This document shows positions 14,323 through 28,300 of a DNA stretch of 64,000 nt, one piece after another; the first letter of the stretch is position 1; each line of letters opens with the position of its first letter. Source of the stretch: Paragordius varius (taxonomy: Eukaryota; Animalia; Nematomorpha); NCBI GenBank assembly GCA_964247055.1, contig OZ176052.1, positions 12,214,001 through 12,278,000 on the forward strand, in the 5' to 3' direction. Under the pieces are notes generated by a model, which saw only the letters and a program-made list of their open reading frames with translations, ran no database searches and had not been told where the DNA came from. The position numbers and the translations under genes were made by a program.

Positions 14323-14850
14323 CACTTGGATACAAGACATTCATTTTTGTCCTTTGATTTAAATTCGGGTAATCCCATGCTTGTAAAAATTCCAAAAATA
14401 TGAAATAAATTGAAACCAGGGCAAAAGTTTGCGCTTATATAACTTTAATGAACCGAGAAATAAAAAATCCAGTGAAATATACTTGATATTACTTATTCGG
14501 AGGTAAAACCCAAATGTAAAATTTATACAACATGACATGTAAGCAATAGCTAAATATAAAAATAACGCAAAATATACCACCTTTTCTGTTAATATCAATT
14601 TTAAAAATCATTTTGATTAAAATTTAAACATCAAATGTACACCATATTTAAAAATGTAAAAAAATAGCGTCTCAGTAAGTATGATACGGAACATTTTTTT
14701 GAAAACTAAATTTTATATAGCTACTTTGGCCTATTAATTTTTAATAGGATAAGAGGTAAAAATAAATTAAAACCGTTTCTTTCAGTAGTTTTTCAAAAAT
14801 ATCAACTTGTATATTTTCTGGGGTATTTAAATGCCCAATTCGAATCAATG
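14323..14850 (+). mobile_element. piggyBac-like TTAA MITE, diverged copy
   Basis: Starts aacacttggatacaagacattcatttttgtcc and is colinear with 8121..8702. Confidence 0.75.
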
Positions 14851-15083
14851 TTTTTAAAGTAGTATATTAATAAAGGTAGTATTATAAATAGATTATAAAA
14901 AATTAAATACCAAATTAAGTATTCGTTATAACTTTTATGTGGTTAATCGAAACACGCCGTTGCATAGTAAAGTTATGTATCATATATAATATTGGTTTAA
15001 ATGTAAAATCTGCATTGTTTCTTTTGAGGAGCATAAAAAATATGAAATGGTGGTCAACTGCTACGAAACATTTTTAATTTTAA

Positions 15084-15575
15084 GACTTCGATTCGTATTG
15101 GGCTATTTTAATACCTCAGACTATATTTGAGTTCATATTCTAAAACTACTTACCGAAACGGTCCCAATTTAAATTTATGCTTCTATCCTAATCAAAATTA
15201 TATAAATAAGCGCAAATATCTAAATAATATTTGGATTTAAAAAAAAGTTACATATCAAACAATTTCAATGCAAAATATCGTGTTTACCTTATTCAAATCT
15301 AAAATTAAATCTAATTTTTTAGTTAAATCATATCTAACATTGATAGACAGAACAACAAGCCATGTTGATTACATTTTTACCTTTTGACCTTAAAAGAATT
15401 TATATCAAGTATTTTTGAATGAATTTTTCTTTTGTTTCATTCATATGATATAGGTGCTAAGTTTTGCTATGATTTTTTTTCATATTTTTTGAAGTATTTT
15501 ATTTATACAGGCCTGGATTATATAACTACCTCAATTCAAATCGAGGGACTGAAATGAATATGTTGGATCGAAGTG
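15084..15575 (-). mobile_element. piggyBac-like TTAA MITE, diverged copy
   Basis: TTAA-gacttcgattc at the left, gatcgaagtg-TTAA at the right; colinear with the family in reverse. Confidence 0.75.
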
Positions 15576-16735
15576 TTAAATTACGATAAAAATTAGCATA
15601 TACAATTATATGGTTTACGATTATTTTAAAGGTACAATATATTTAGCTATTGCTAAATTATTTTATTAGTCCAGAAAATTCAAAATTAAAGCTTAACTAT
15701 GTATAACTTTTAGCAAACACATAAATATATTCGCTAAATTCGATTTTTTTATTTTAAAAAATTGGAAAATAATTTTCATATTTCGGATTTTAGCGCCTCT
15801 AAAAAATATATAAAGAATCGGATATTTATGACACTACACAGCCAATTATGTGTTAAAACCAATCTACTTTAAAGCTAATTACATTAAAAGCGACGATAAT
15901 TCTATTTCATAATATGTGTTGTCAATTATATTTATAGAATCTAAAAAATTTTATTGGTAACTTTTAAGCGGTCAAATCAAAAATGATAACAAAATTAATT
16001 AAATTTTATTAATATAATCATAAATAACTAAAATTCTTTATGCTTGGTCAATATCTGCTTAATATGTAGAAGCGGTTCATTTTTAGATTCCATATCATCT
16101 AAAAATTAATATTTTAAAACTGTTTGCATTAAAAAAATCTGTATCATTATCTTCTCCATTTAAGATTTTTAATGATGGATTATTTGGGTTTAGATATGAA
16201 TATTTGACAATATTTTGAATTGCCTTTATCTCCATTTCCAATTTTAATTTAAGCCCCATCGATATATTGTTATAAGGGTTTTTTTCCTAAAATTAAAAAG
16301 CAATTACTATTTTGCTTGGCGAAGGATTTTGATCGGAATAGCTATTATTAAAAACAATAATACCTTCGAAGTAGCTTGTTTTGATAATTTTCCATTTCAC
16401 GTATGACGAACTTAAAAATGAACTCTTTTGTTTATATAAATTCAATATGCATTATAAAAATATTCTGATGAAATTTATATATATATTTATTTATTTAAAA
16501 CTCTGCAAATTCTTATTCTCTACAAGTATCATGTATAGCGTAAAAAATGAGCTTGTTGGAATCTCATTTCCACAAAATCAAAGCATCTTGGTGTGTTGGA
16601 CTAGGTTGTTCAAGGCCAAAATTAATATATTTCTCTCAAAATATTATGGGCAAACTTCGTTTAATAATATTGAAATAAACGTAATTTATTTTTTTATGTA
16701 TAATGAAATTATGTAAAATTTTATAACTTAATTAA

Positions 16736-17257
16736 CACTTGGATACAACACATTCATTTTGTCCTTCGATTCAAACTCGGATAGTTAAATGCCTAGAAAG
16801 AAATCGAAACCATGGTGCACTTATATTACATTAATAAACCGAAATATATAAAAAAATTATTCAAAAATACCAGATATTACTTATTTTAAGCTAAAACCGA
16901 GAGGTAAAAATTTAGTCAACGCAGCATGTGTTCAATGTTAAAATTAAAAAATAATACATAATAAACCGCTTTTTATTCTATCAAGTTATGTAATTAAAAA
17001 ATAGCTTTGATTTTACCCTTAAATTTAGATGAAGTCGATATTTTACAAAAATTTTGTGAAATAAAAATGGCGTCGAAGTAGTTTAACATGGAGCTTTTTT
17101 TCAGAGCAAGATTTTATTTAGATATTTTGGCATATTTGAATAATTTTTATTGGGATAGCATAAATTTAACTTGGGACCGTTTTCTTCAGTAGTTTTTTAA
17201 AAATACTAAATCCAATTTAGTCTTGGGAATTTAGATAGCCCAATTTGAATCGAATTG
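16736..17257 (+). mobile_element. piggyBac-like TTAA MITE copy
   Basis: TTAA-cacttggatacaacacattc ... gaatcgaattg-TTAA. Confidence 0.8.
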
Positions 17258-18687
17258 TTAAATATATATAATAATTAATTACCTAATATTTATAAAAAAT
17301 ATTATGGATATGTTTTTTATATGGTATAATTGGAAACAAAAAATGAAACTAATCAAAATATTAAGGTGTAGTCCCATTTTTTGGTAAATTATGCAAACAT
17401 TTTGTGTTGAAATAATATTTTATTTGGATCTCTGCTGGGTAATTTTTGCGTCATCATAATTCCTTGAAAAAGTAGTATAACCACTTCGTTACCTTTTGTG
17501 GTAGTTTCTAAAAACGAAATTCAATTTTAAAATAATTTTCGATTCGAAAAAAAGTTAATAAATTCTTATGGTTTTTTATACCCAATTTGCACTGATATCC
17601 GAAAATATTCTAGTTTATAACATCTTCAAAGAAATATTTACCATTGTGCTCGATTTGGCAATTTTTTGGTTTAAAAATCAAAAATCTTGCAATAATCTTT
17701 TCTTTATTTGCCATACCAATATCCTAATATTTATCAAATTTAAAAGTATTTAAGATTTTTGATTTTGTTCCCGATTTTGACGATTAATTTATATAAAACA
17801 AAGGGAATAATAGATTTCATGGTGCTTTTGGTTGCAGGCCTATAAAAAATCCTTCAAATTGATTGTAGGCGCCATTATGTCAAAAAGAACTATTCAAACT
17901 AAATTTATAAAGTTTATTTTTAAAATCATTACCTTTTAATAGTTTTTTTTATCGAAGAGCATTTATAAATTTTAATATTCTTAAAAATACGGGTAATCGT
18001 AGAAATCAAATGCTTTTTCTATTTGGGGGATGAAAATATTGTTAGTAAAGGTGGTAAATTTATGAGGGTCAAGAACTCTTGCCCGTTTGCTCCTTATTTT
18101 TTATGTTTAGGTGGCAAAATATTTCCTTTTAAAAAACTACTGTTTTTGAAATGATTTATTGATGCTTTAATATTAAGGATGATAACCTAATCGATTGGTC
18201 GTTTACTTTACACATATAAAATCCGTGGCATATATTTAAAATAGATCAAAAGTTATAATTTCTTACCACGGTAAAAAAATAAAATTATTGGATCAGGATA
18301 TGACTCAGTAAGTATGACAAAGAAATAACGTTTTTGCATATGAAATTAAAAATTAATACCTTAATTTATTATTACCACTTACATCTATATTTGAAGTTAA
18401 CACAAACTGTACAGTAAAAATTGTAATTATACGAAAAAAAGTAAAATAATAACTTTTTTTATAAAAGACAACCATACTTTTTATATCTAGATTTTTTTAA
18501 TAAAACCCATTGTTTTAAACTGCAAAGTATAAAATGGAGATATATATTGGTAATATAATCAATTATGTATTTTAATGTGAAAATATTTTTTTAGCATAAA
18601 TTAAGGTTTTAAAAAGTGTCTTTGAAAAAAAGTTTTGTCTTTATATTTTTGCGTTTTGTCCGTATAAATTTTTATTATATCTCACAG

Positions 18688-21422
18688 ATAACCGGCCGCA
18701 TCTTAAATAATAATAATAATTCGCATTTCGATTGTTTTCTTCTCAATGACACTTACAATGGTGAATATCATTTTGTAATTCAATACAATATACAACTATC
18801 GCCTTATATCAACACTTTTTCTGATGTCGTTAACACAAGTATTTAATAGATTTAAGTTTATTTTTTTCCATAAATATTGAATAAATTCAATTTGGGTGTT
18901 CTAGTGTCATCATATGTTATTTGCTACAAGATTTATTTTATTTTAAATATAAAATGGCAACTACATAATTATCAACCAGAAATACTCCATAGTACCATGT
19001 TATCACCAAATTAAAATTAATCAAAATATAAGTATTCATATTTGACATCACGCTTTACTCTGACTTAGTCGAAACGATTTGGATTGACAAAATAATGACG
19101 ATAAAAACTGTAGATTAATAGTTAGTTAGTATTTCGACATTCAGAACATCTCTAAGCATCCATCTATATGAGTAGTAATCAAACCTCGGCCATAAAAATG
19201 CTACCCTGAATTATATATTTAAATTTTTTAATGTATTTATTTTTAGTAAAAATATCTGCAAATAAGTCAAACATCTCTGAAATATTATCGGTTATATGGT
19301 TTAGGCCCCTGAGACAAGGTAAATATTTTTTGTAACCCTTTAAAATTTTTTGAGTACCATTGATCTAAATCTTCATTCGTTTATCATTATTTTGTGGTCT
19401 TTATGCTGGAAAAAGCTGCGTATATAATCATATCGCACAACTATTTTAAAATCTAAATTAAGACGTATTTTCTCAAAGTTTGGGCTCATAGTAATTTAAC
19501 TAAGTAGCAAAAAGGCACCGGTTTTATAAAGGGGGTGTAGATGGGTGTAATTAATATAGGGGTTTGATTAATCGTTTTTTGAGTAAATTGAACACGAATT
19601 CGGAAGCATATCAATTTTCTAAAGGGCTAAATTCATAAAGAATTGATTATGATCGTCGCATTTATAAAGAAAATAAAAATTCGTTTTTCGGTCAATTAGT
19701 TCAGTTTTCTGCAAATTATTTTACATAGACAACATGAAGATTAATTAAAAAAGGACCCGACTATATATCTTTATAAAAAATATTGAACCAAAATTTAATT
19801 TATATGGTCTCATGCGTTTTCCAAAAGTAAAATCTAAACATGGGTGTTTGAATTTTTTGGAATTTAAAATTTGAAGAATGTATATTAATAATATAAAGAT
19901 TTTTGACTATTTAAGGATGAAAATGGAATTTGTAAAAAACTATGTTGGCAATGGTTATTTTTCATATATATTATGGGCTTTTTAAAATTTATTAGGTATA
20001 ATTCAGACAAATTTTCCCAATTATCCCCAACTTTATAAAGATTGGTGCAAATTAGACGCTAAATTAGGCAATGTACCCGAACTACCTATAGTTTTTGGCC
20101 GCGATGATCATTATATAAAGTATATTATTTAAAATAACCCTTTTGGAAACAATTTTCTTATATTATTTATCTTCTAAATATTATCACAGAAAAACGCTAA
20201 ATGATGAAATATCCTATTATTTTGATATTTTTTAAACTTTCTAGTATTTTAAATTAATTATGTGATATCATATATCACATTAAATCAATCTGAATAATTT
20301 AATGCTTAAAGATTGGGGTGTTTTTTTAGTTTATCTCTAACCCAGTTTTAAATCTGCTAGAGAGGCTCAAAAAACATGAAATTTAATACTCCCCTGCCTG
20401 TATTAACAAATCCATTAAATTTAAGATGTTTAAAACGCAATATTTTTCTTTTAAGTTTAGCAAGAAAAATGTTTTTTTATTCCTTAAATAATTAATGTTC
20501 TATGTTGGAATTCCAACAGTGTTGACTCTATATACGGTTTTGGTTAATTTAAAACGCCAGGCGCAAAAACAGTTTACCAATAAACATAATTGAATTTCGT
20601 TTTATTAGTTTCATATTTTTAATTTTTACAGTTTCAAATATCCCTATTAGAAATGTAAACGTTAGTATAGAACAAGGAAATATATTTGGATATATAAGAT
20701 TACGTTTGGAATGTGAAAATAACTCAATCTATACATTCGGTGAAGATGGAACAAACAATTTGATTCAAAGCCTGAGAAACGGACATATAGTGGATTATGG
20801 ATTTAGTGTATATTTATTATTCTTCAAATATATTTTTACTTAACAAATTCGTTTGATTTGACAAAAAGTTTAAATATTTTAAATTGTTAATTGACAAAAC
20901 CTATCAAAATTTAGATATAGCTTAATATTTGGCCAAAATATTTTCGTTATTATTGATCAAACGCTCTTGAAAGGGTTTCATATCTTCCTACCTCTAGTAT
21001 ATGATTTTTAATCAAAAGCAACACTTTTTCAACTAAAAAATAGTATATATTTAGGCGACATACCAAATAAGATTTCGGAAATCATTTGATATGAAGTTGT
21101 GCACTGTTTTCAACAATGACACAATGGAAGAGATTTGCTATGATATACAGATAAAGGTAATTAAACCCATTTTTAATTTAATATTAAAAAAAATACCATA
21201 TTTATTTATAAACATAACATAATTTACTTACAGAAAAAAGTTTTGGCCCTTATAAACGTCATGGACCATTTTATAGTCCTGTTACCATTCAATCTTAAAT
21301 TTGAAAATCAATTCATGATCAATTTTAGCATCAAAGGCAGTCATAGATTCCACACCAAAAAAGAACAAATATTTATCAAATTAAACCTGTATAACTGCAC
21401 CAACGATAATAATAATAAATAA
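18688..21422 (+). CDS. Uncharacterised multi-exon protein, 5' part unresolved (exons 18688-18838, 20632-20807, 21055-21156, 21234-21422)
   Basis: Four AG/GT bounded open exons join in consistent phase (0-1, 1-0, 0-0, 0-stop): ITGRILNN...DVVNT/ISNIPIRNVNVSIEQGNIFGYIRL...DYGFS/ATYQIRFRK...DIQIK/KKVLALI...NNNK*. No family recognised with confidence. Confidence 0.6.
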
Positions 21423-22398
21423 ATTAACCAATTTTCGCATTTTAAACGTTTTTTTCATTAAAAACTAATATATTTTAATAATATAAGATTGTAAGAAGAA
21501 TCGGTACCTAAATCAGTTTATATAGAAATAATTAATTTTGCCCATTTTATTTAAACTAGTATATATTTTGATGTACAGAATAGAAGCACATTATATATTT
21601 TTGTGGCTTTTGTTGCCATTTACCGATTCTATAAAAAATGAGCCTACACCCAGAAGCAAAATCCGAAACAGCTGTTTTTTTCGCAAAAAATACATCCGAA
21701 ACCAAAATTGACAATTTTAAAATGTAATTTGCAAATATTCTTGGAATATATATTGAATACAAACCACGGTTTGATAATTATATTATAAATTTATCTTTAT
21801 TGTATTGTATCGTAGTAAATGGTGTGTGTATAAAAGTAAAAGTTTTTCAATAAAATAAAGGCATTTCGACAGACAATGTGAGATGATAAATAAATTTTTA
21901 ATAATGTGTTAAACACATAACCACTCTGTGTAATATCTATCTATATATCTATGATACATATATATAAAGTCAAATGTTTTGATTATTATTAAATAAATAG
22001 GAATATTAATAATATAAGAAAAAAATAAAACAATTTGTTATTAATTTTAATATTAATGATATGTGTTAGGATGTGTAAGTCATGATAAAAATATATTAAA
22101 AACCAGAAAGTATTATTACAGGGAAAAATACGAAAGCGTTGGCGTTTTTCCATGAAAGGATACAAATATAAAGAATATAAATATAAATATTTTTATAAAA
22201 ATTAATTGGCAACGAGTGTGTGTATATTAAAAATTAATATTTTTTTTCAGTTTGATTTTCGTAAAAAATGTGTGATATGAAAAACAGCCAAATATTAATT
22301 GCGTTTTCTAAGCTATTTTGGGGTCTTTAAATTTTCAAGAATCATTATTATCAAAACTAATTCAAATCTAAAAAAGGACAAAATTCAACATACACGTA

Positions 22399-25300
22399 TC
22401 ACAAAGGATCTGGTGCTGTAGGAGCAATTTGAGTAGAATCAGAAACATTACTTATATTTTCACCAAGGTTTTCAACTGAGTTGGGCTTGGCATTTATGCT
22501 GGATATTAAGGTTTCTGGGTTAGGTTTTATATTATCGTCTTGATTGCAAACGGTATCGGTATTTGAGGCTAAATCACATATAAAATTTTACATTGATGTT
22601 AGCAAGCAAAAAACACTCATTTTTTGACCATTATTTTAATAATATAGAAGTCAACTGAAAATTTTTAACATAATATTGTACAATCTTGGCACATGTAATT
22701 CACTATAAACACAAATAAAAAACCCAAATATACTATAAAAAATCCATAAAAACATATATTACCATAAATTAAACTACTCTGTAAATATCAAATACCTTTT
22801 GTAATAGTTGGCTCGTTCGATGGTAAGTTTAAATTATCATTCTCTTTAGACTGTGTAGTAGTAGGATTAGAAACAACATTTGAAACAGGGTGAGGGGGAA
22901 CAGAAACGGGGACACCTATAACCTCTTTAATTGTAGGCAAAATTGCAATTCTGCTTGAAGCTAAAGCATTCGAAGTCCCAGAATTTGGATTTACAATCAT
23001 TTTGAGATTACTGACATTATTATTTGTGTTGTTGCTGTTTAAGCCATCTAATTCGTCTTGTTGCGGTGAATTTATAATTGTAATCATATTGGTGACCGAA
23101 CCTACCAAGTGATGTGGTGGTTGATCTGAATAATGTGTAAATAAAATTATAAGACAACCGTTTAAATTAAAAGACAAAGGGAAAGCAATATTTTTTGAAC
23201 GTTATTTTTCTATTGAGATATATATATAATTTGGTGAACTAGTACCAATTTACATTTATTATCTATTTTGCAATGCAAAATAGGTTGGATTTTAAAAAAT
23301 CAAGGTTTAAAAAAATGGTTGCCTTTATAAAAAAATATTAGTCTTATAGTGATAAGTTTTGTCTTTATCAATTTAAATTGTTTAAATAAAGTTATATAAA
23401 TTCTGATCATATATCAGCTTGAAAATAAATTATTTATATTATACTGTATATATTGATAGAGCTATCTGTATAATATATAAAAAGTTAAAAAATTGAAATT
23501 AGCCGAAAATAAAATTTCCTTAATTTATTGACAAAATGGTAAATACATATTTCCCTATATATCAATACAGATATTTAAAATACCTAAAACTTATTTATAA
23601 TAAATGGTGCAAAACAAACCGAATCAAATCTTACAAGTAAAATTTATATAAAAAATAAAATAAGGACATACTTGAAGTTTTAATATTATTATTATTGTTT
23701 TCAACAGCTAGCATGAGATCAAAGACAGAACTCTCAGATAAATATCGTTTCCTTTGATGGACATTTTCCACATTTATTATACCTTTAATGCTCGATTTAC
23801 GGTTTTGAATAAGAGGGGTTGGTGGTGATTTATCCGCTATTTCGCCATCGGCTATCATGGTTCCCTCATTTATTTCGTCGTTTTCTTTGTAATATTAATA
23901 TAGAACAGTAAAATTTTAATATAATAAACAACGTGAGTAAGACTAAGAGACAAATAAGAGTTTTTAGTATAAAGAAAGACAGCCATACTTTTAAATATAC
24001 CCCGTGATATTATCTAATAAACTTTGAATGATAAAAATTTTAAGTTGTATAAAAATGAATTTGTTACCAATTAAGTCTATTTGCAACCCAAATTGATAGT
24101 AGGTTTTAAAACAATTAAGGTTAAAAATTATGGTTCATCTTTTTGAAAATAGTGTTCTTTAAAATAATTTCAAATTTTACTGTAATTGACGAATAAGAGG
24201 GAGCCATAAACACTTTTGACCGTTCGAACGTTTCGACGTCTATGTCGCCGCCTTTGTTTTTGTTTCCTTTGTTTTTTGTCGCCTTTTTGCTGTTTTTTAA
24301 TGCAATTTTCTTTTTGTATTTTATTATTATTATTGTTATTATTGGTACAAACAAATGTATGAGCAAAACAATCAGTAATGCGAGTAATAAAGTTTCTTCC
24401 CTCATGGATATTGGAGGATGAATGTCGGATCTAGATAGCCAATGAATATAATATAATTGCATTTTTGACAAGCGAATACTATATTAGCACGGGCGTCAAA
24501 CACAAATGGCTTTGGCATTTGTGGGGCTTACAAAAACCGGGGTGTGGCATTCAAAACAAATATGAGTATTCTCATAAATATTTTATTAGATTTTCGACAT
24601 TGTAAAATGCAAACAAGATAAAACATTTTTTTAATTCATAGCCAATAGAATAAACTTATTCGGAAAATTTGTTTGAAAAATATCAATTTTGCCAAGATTT
24701 TGTGAGCATAATTTTGCAAATCATAAATTTCCAAATTTTTTTGCGGGTAGCGTGTTGGACATTCTTGTCATACACCACAAATTTTTATAATGACCTTATA
24801 TATTCAGTATTACTTTTAATGCTTACGATATACTTATTTAATTTTGAAATATATACCTTCAAGTCTATAAACTATCGAAATTTTTCAGATTATACTTAAC
24901 ATTTTCCATAGTACCCAAATCCTATAAATAGTCAAATTAATATTAAGCAAAGTATGGATTACCTGTTGAGCAACCACAGAGTTATTCTCATTACGTTGTT
25001 GCTGATCATTATTATTATGATTGGTTGTGGCCAAATTAATGTGTTGTTGGGCATTACAAACATTATTGGAATCAATTATTCCATTTTGATTATTGCTGAC
25101 ATTGGCGTTTCCGGTGAAAAAAAGTGCGCTAAAAATGTGAGATTTTCGTTTTGGAAGGCTCGTAAAGAAATTTCTCAATCCATTTATCCAGGATGATGTA
25201 GGATTATTGCTGTTATTAACTAGATTATTGGGTAGAGCACTATCGCTTTCAAGCATCATGTTAATTGCTATGGGGTCATCAGCCAAATTATTTTCACTAG

Positions 25301-28300
25301 TATAAAAAAAGAAAAAACAAATTATTAAAACAAAGTAAAATGCATATTCTCTTAAATTTTTGGAAAATAAAAGTATAATTTCATTTATATGCAAAAAAAC
25401 ATTAAAGAATAGAGATATATTAAAAAATAAGTATTGAAAAATCTAATATCTCAATTAAAAATATTTATATATAATTTTTATTAAAATTAATAAAATAAAA
25501 TTTTAGTGAAATAACAAATTACTTTTTGTTAGTATTGACTTGCTCATCTTTAATGGCCTCTATAATGGTAAATCAGAAATATTTATGGTAAAAAGTGAAA
25601 ATATTCAGACAAATCGTAAAAAATATAAAGAAAATTATTGTTTTAAAAGACAACCATACTTTTGTTATCCTAAATTTTTTCAATATATATCATTTAATTA
25701 CGATTGTAAAATACGTAATTAATTGTCGCAGTACCAATAAATAACTCAACTTCACACTCTTTGCAATTTAAACCAATGAATTATATAAGAAATGAAAAAA
25801 AATACAAGTTTAAAATACGAGAGGTCTCTTGCTTTTATGAAGTTTTGTCATTTCAATTTTAATTGTATTACATTTGATTACTTTTTTTAACATTTAAAAA
25901 TATTTTTTTATCAAACTTAAAACACAAAAAACTCACCGGATGGCAAATTGAGTGATCTTTCTTTTTCCATTTGATTTTCGACAACTGTTACTTGAAAATT
26001 TTCATCATTTTCACCACAAATAGATGATGACGAGCTTTCAGAATTTGTTGAGTTTGATGAAGAATATTCCATATAATTCGCTTGATCATTAGGATCGAAA
26101 TAATCTTCAATGATCCAACTTTGATTAAGGCTGAGTGTTTGAGTACACATTTTATAGATGGGGTTTTCAGCCTTGATTTCGGCATACATGCCCAAGAAAA
26201 AGGACAGAAAAAATAGGACACCACACGAAAGTGTAACGATTTCCCCCCGATTTAATTCGAGCTGTATATGTGTGTCGGTACAGTAAAAATAAGATTAAAT
26301 TGAAATTATAAGAAGTAAAAAATTTTAATTCGAGCTGTATATGTGTGTCAGTACAGTAAAAATAAAATTATTAAAAGTAAAAAAACTAATAACATTTGAT
26401 CTGTAAATATGTGATTAGTATTGTGAAATAATGACTTCTAATTCACATTTTTTCATGTTTTATTTATTAAAGGTTGGATTAAAAAATCAAAAAAATATGG
26501 TGTTTTTAAGTATTTTGTCTTTATATAATAAAAGTGCGATTATTTATAATATATATTGATCAAGTGAATCTAAGGACCTATTTAAAGTTTTTTTTATTAT
26601 AAAATATAAATTTAAGAAAATTCAAATCTAATATACGATAAAATAAAAATTAGTTTTTCATAATTCACCTATGCATATTTATGGAATGACTCTTTCACAA
26701 GGTCACTTCCAACAACAGCGATCAAAATAAGGAGATAAAAAATTAACCAACCACTAAAATGTTTTTTTTGATTTCTAAATAAATTACTTTTATGCAAATT
26801 AAGAGAAATGCATTTTAATTGCAAAAGAAATTTTTAAAGATAAAAAAATCAAAAAAAAAAAAAACTAGAGTAATATATTGATAAAAGTTAAAATATATTA
26901 TCAAAACCGTAAACTTTTTTAATATAGGCTATCGTTATTGGGTAAAAATAAAGAATAGAGATAAAAATTGCTTATACACTTAATTCTGTATTTTATAATC
27001 GATTCACATATAGTCAAAATATAAAAAACTAAAGGTCAACCAACATGATATCCCTTATAATTAAAAAAAATATTCATTTATTTTTCATGTTTTGTCACTT
27101 TTTATTAGTTTCTGCAAAATTTATTTAAAGCCCAAACTATATTCAAAATTTTTGATACGAGGTAATATCGTTTCAATGGATAAAATAATATTATAAACAT
27201 GCATCAAAAATTTTGGATATATACATTAGTTTTAAATAAATTTTATAAGTAAACAGCACTAAAAAATTAATTAGCTTATGCTAATTATCATGCTCTTTTC
27301 CGATATCTAAACAAAGCTCTAATTTTTATGTTTTCTAATCTTCAAAATTAGGAAGATACCTAACACTAAACGAGCCAAAATGATAAAAAATACCTATATT
27401 TTTGAAATATCTTTGTAATATAATTAATCATAATAAATTATTTAAAAAAACAATTCAATATAACGAAAGTTCAATCAATAAAAAAGTAATTTTTTTTTTC
27501 CAAAAAAGGATTGTGCGAATAATGATCCATGTATATTTCCCGCAATCGAGGTCATTATAAACGATAACATAAAATATTCGTTGCCACTTAGAATATTTTA
27601 TAGCTAAATTTTTATTGTAAATTAATTTTTTTGCCTTACGAATATAAATATAAATAATAAACCTCTTCGTGTTTCCGAATGCCCTTGTCCTGATTGAAGC
27701 AAATAACGAAAGCTGTGGCACAACCAATCATAACCAGCATGGAAAAAATGAAAAGTGTGTGAAATATTTTGTCCCTCGTTGAGCAATGCGGCCATTTCCA
27801 ATCTCGAAACTTTAAATGATAAATAGATAAAATTTAAATAGTTTTGTAAAATTTTATGAAATTTAATGCATATTTATTTGATTAAAAAGGGCAAATATTT
27901 TACATATTAAATAAATTTATGTGTTAAGTTAGAAATCGGGCGTGGTCTATATCCATATAAAAAATAAAATATTGCAAAAAGATATATTAAAATAATTATA
28001 AGGATATTTCCTAACCTTAGCATTCAGTATTTTATTTACAAAAAAATTCTAATTTAAAATACAATTTAATTTTATAATTTTAAGCAAATACTCCGCAGAT
28101 CAAATAAAAAACCCGATTTTAATTTTATTGAAAAATTTTAAAATAATGGCCATGTTTCGTAAATAATAATAATTGAATAGATAGAAAAAATATTTTTAAA
28201 ATTAATATCATAAGGGCTCCTAAAATTTTCCGAATAATTAGTTCGCCTATATAGTAATGTTATAGATAAAGTTATATAATTAAAAAAAACAATTTAATAT

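Noticed and set aside
24121-24471. Listed ORF with an apparent TM helix (LLLALLIVLLIHLFVPIITIIII)
   Set aside because: This is the wrong frame. The splice-phase-consistent frame reads IRHSSSNIHEGRN...RRRHRRRN and matches the composition of neighbouring exons.
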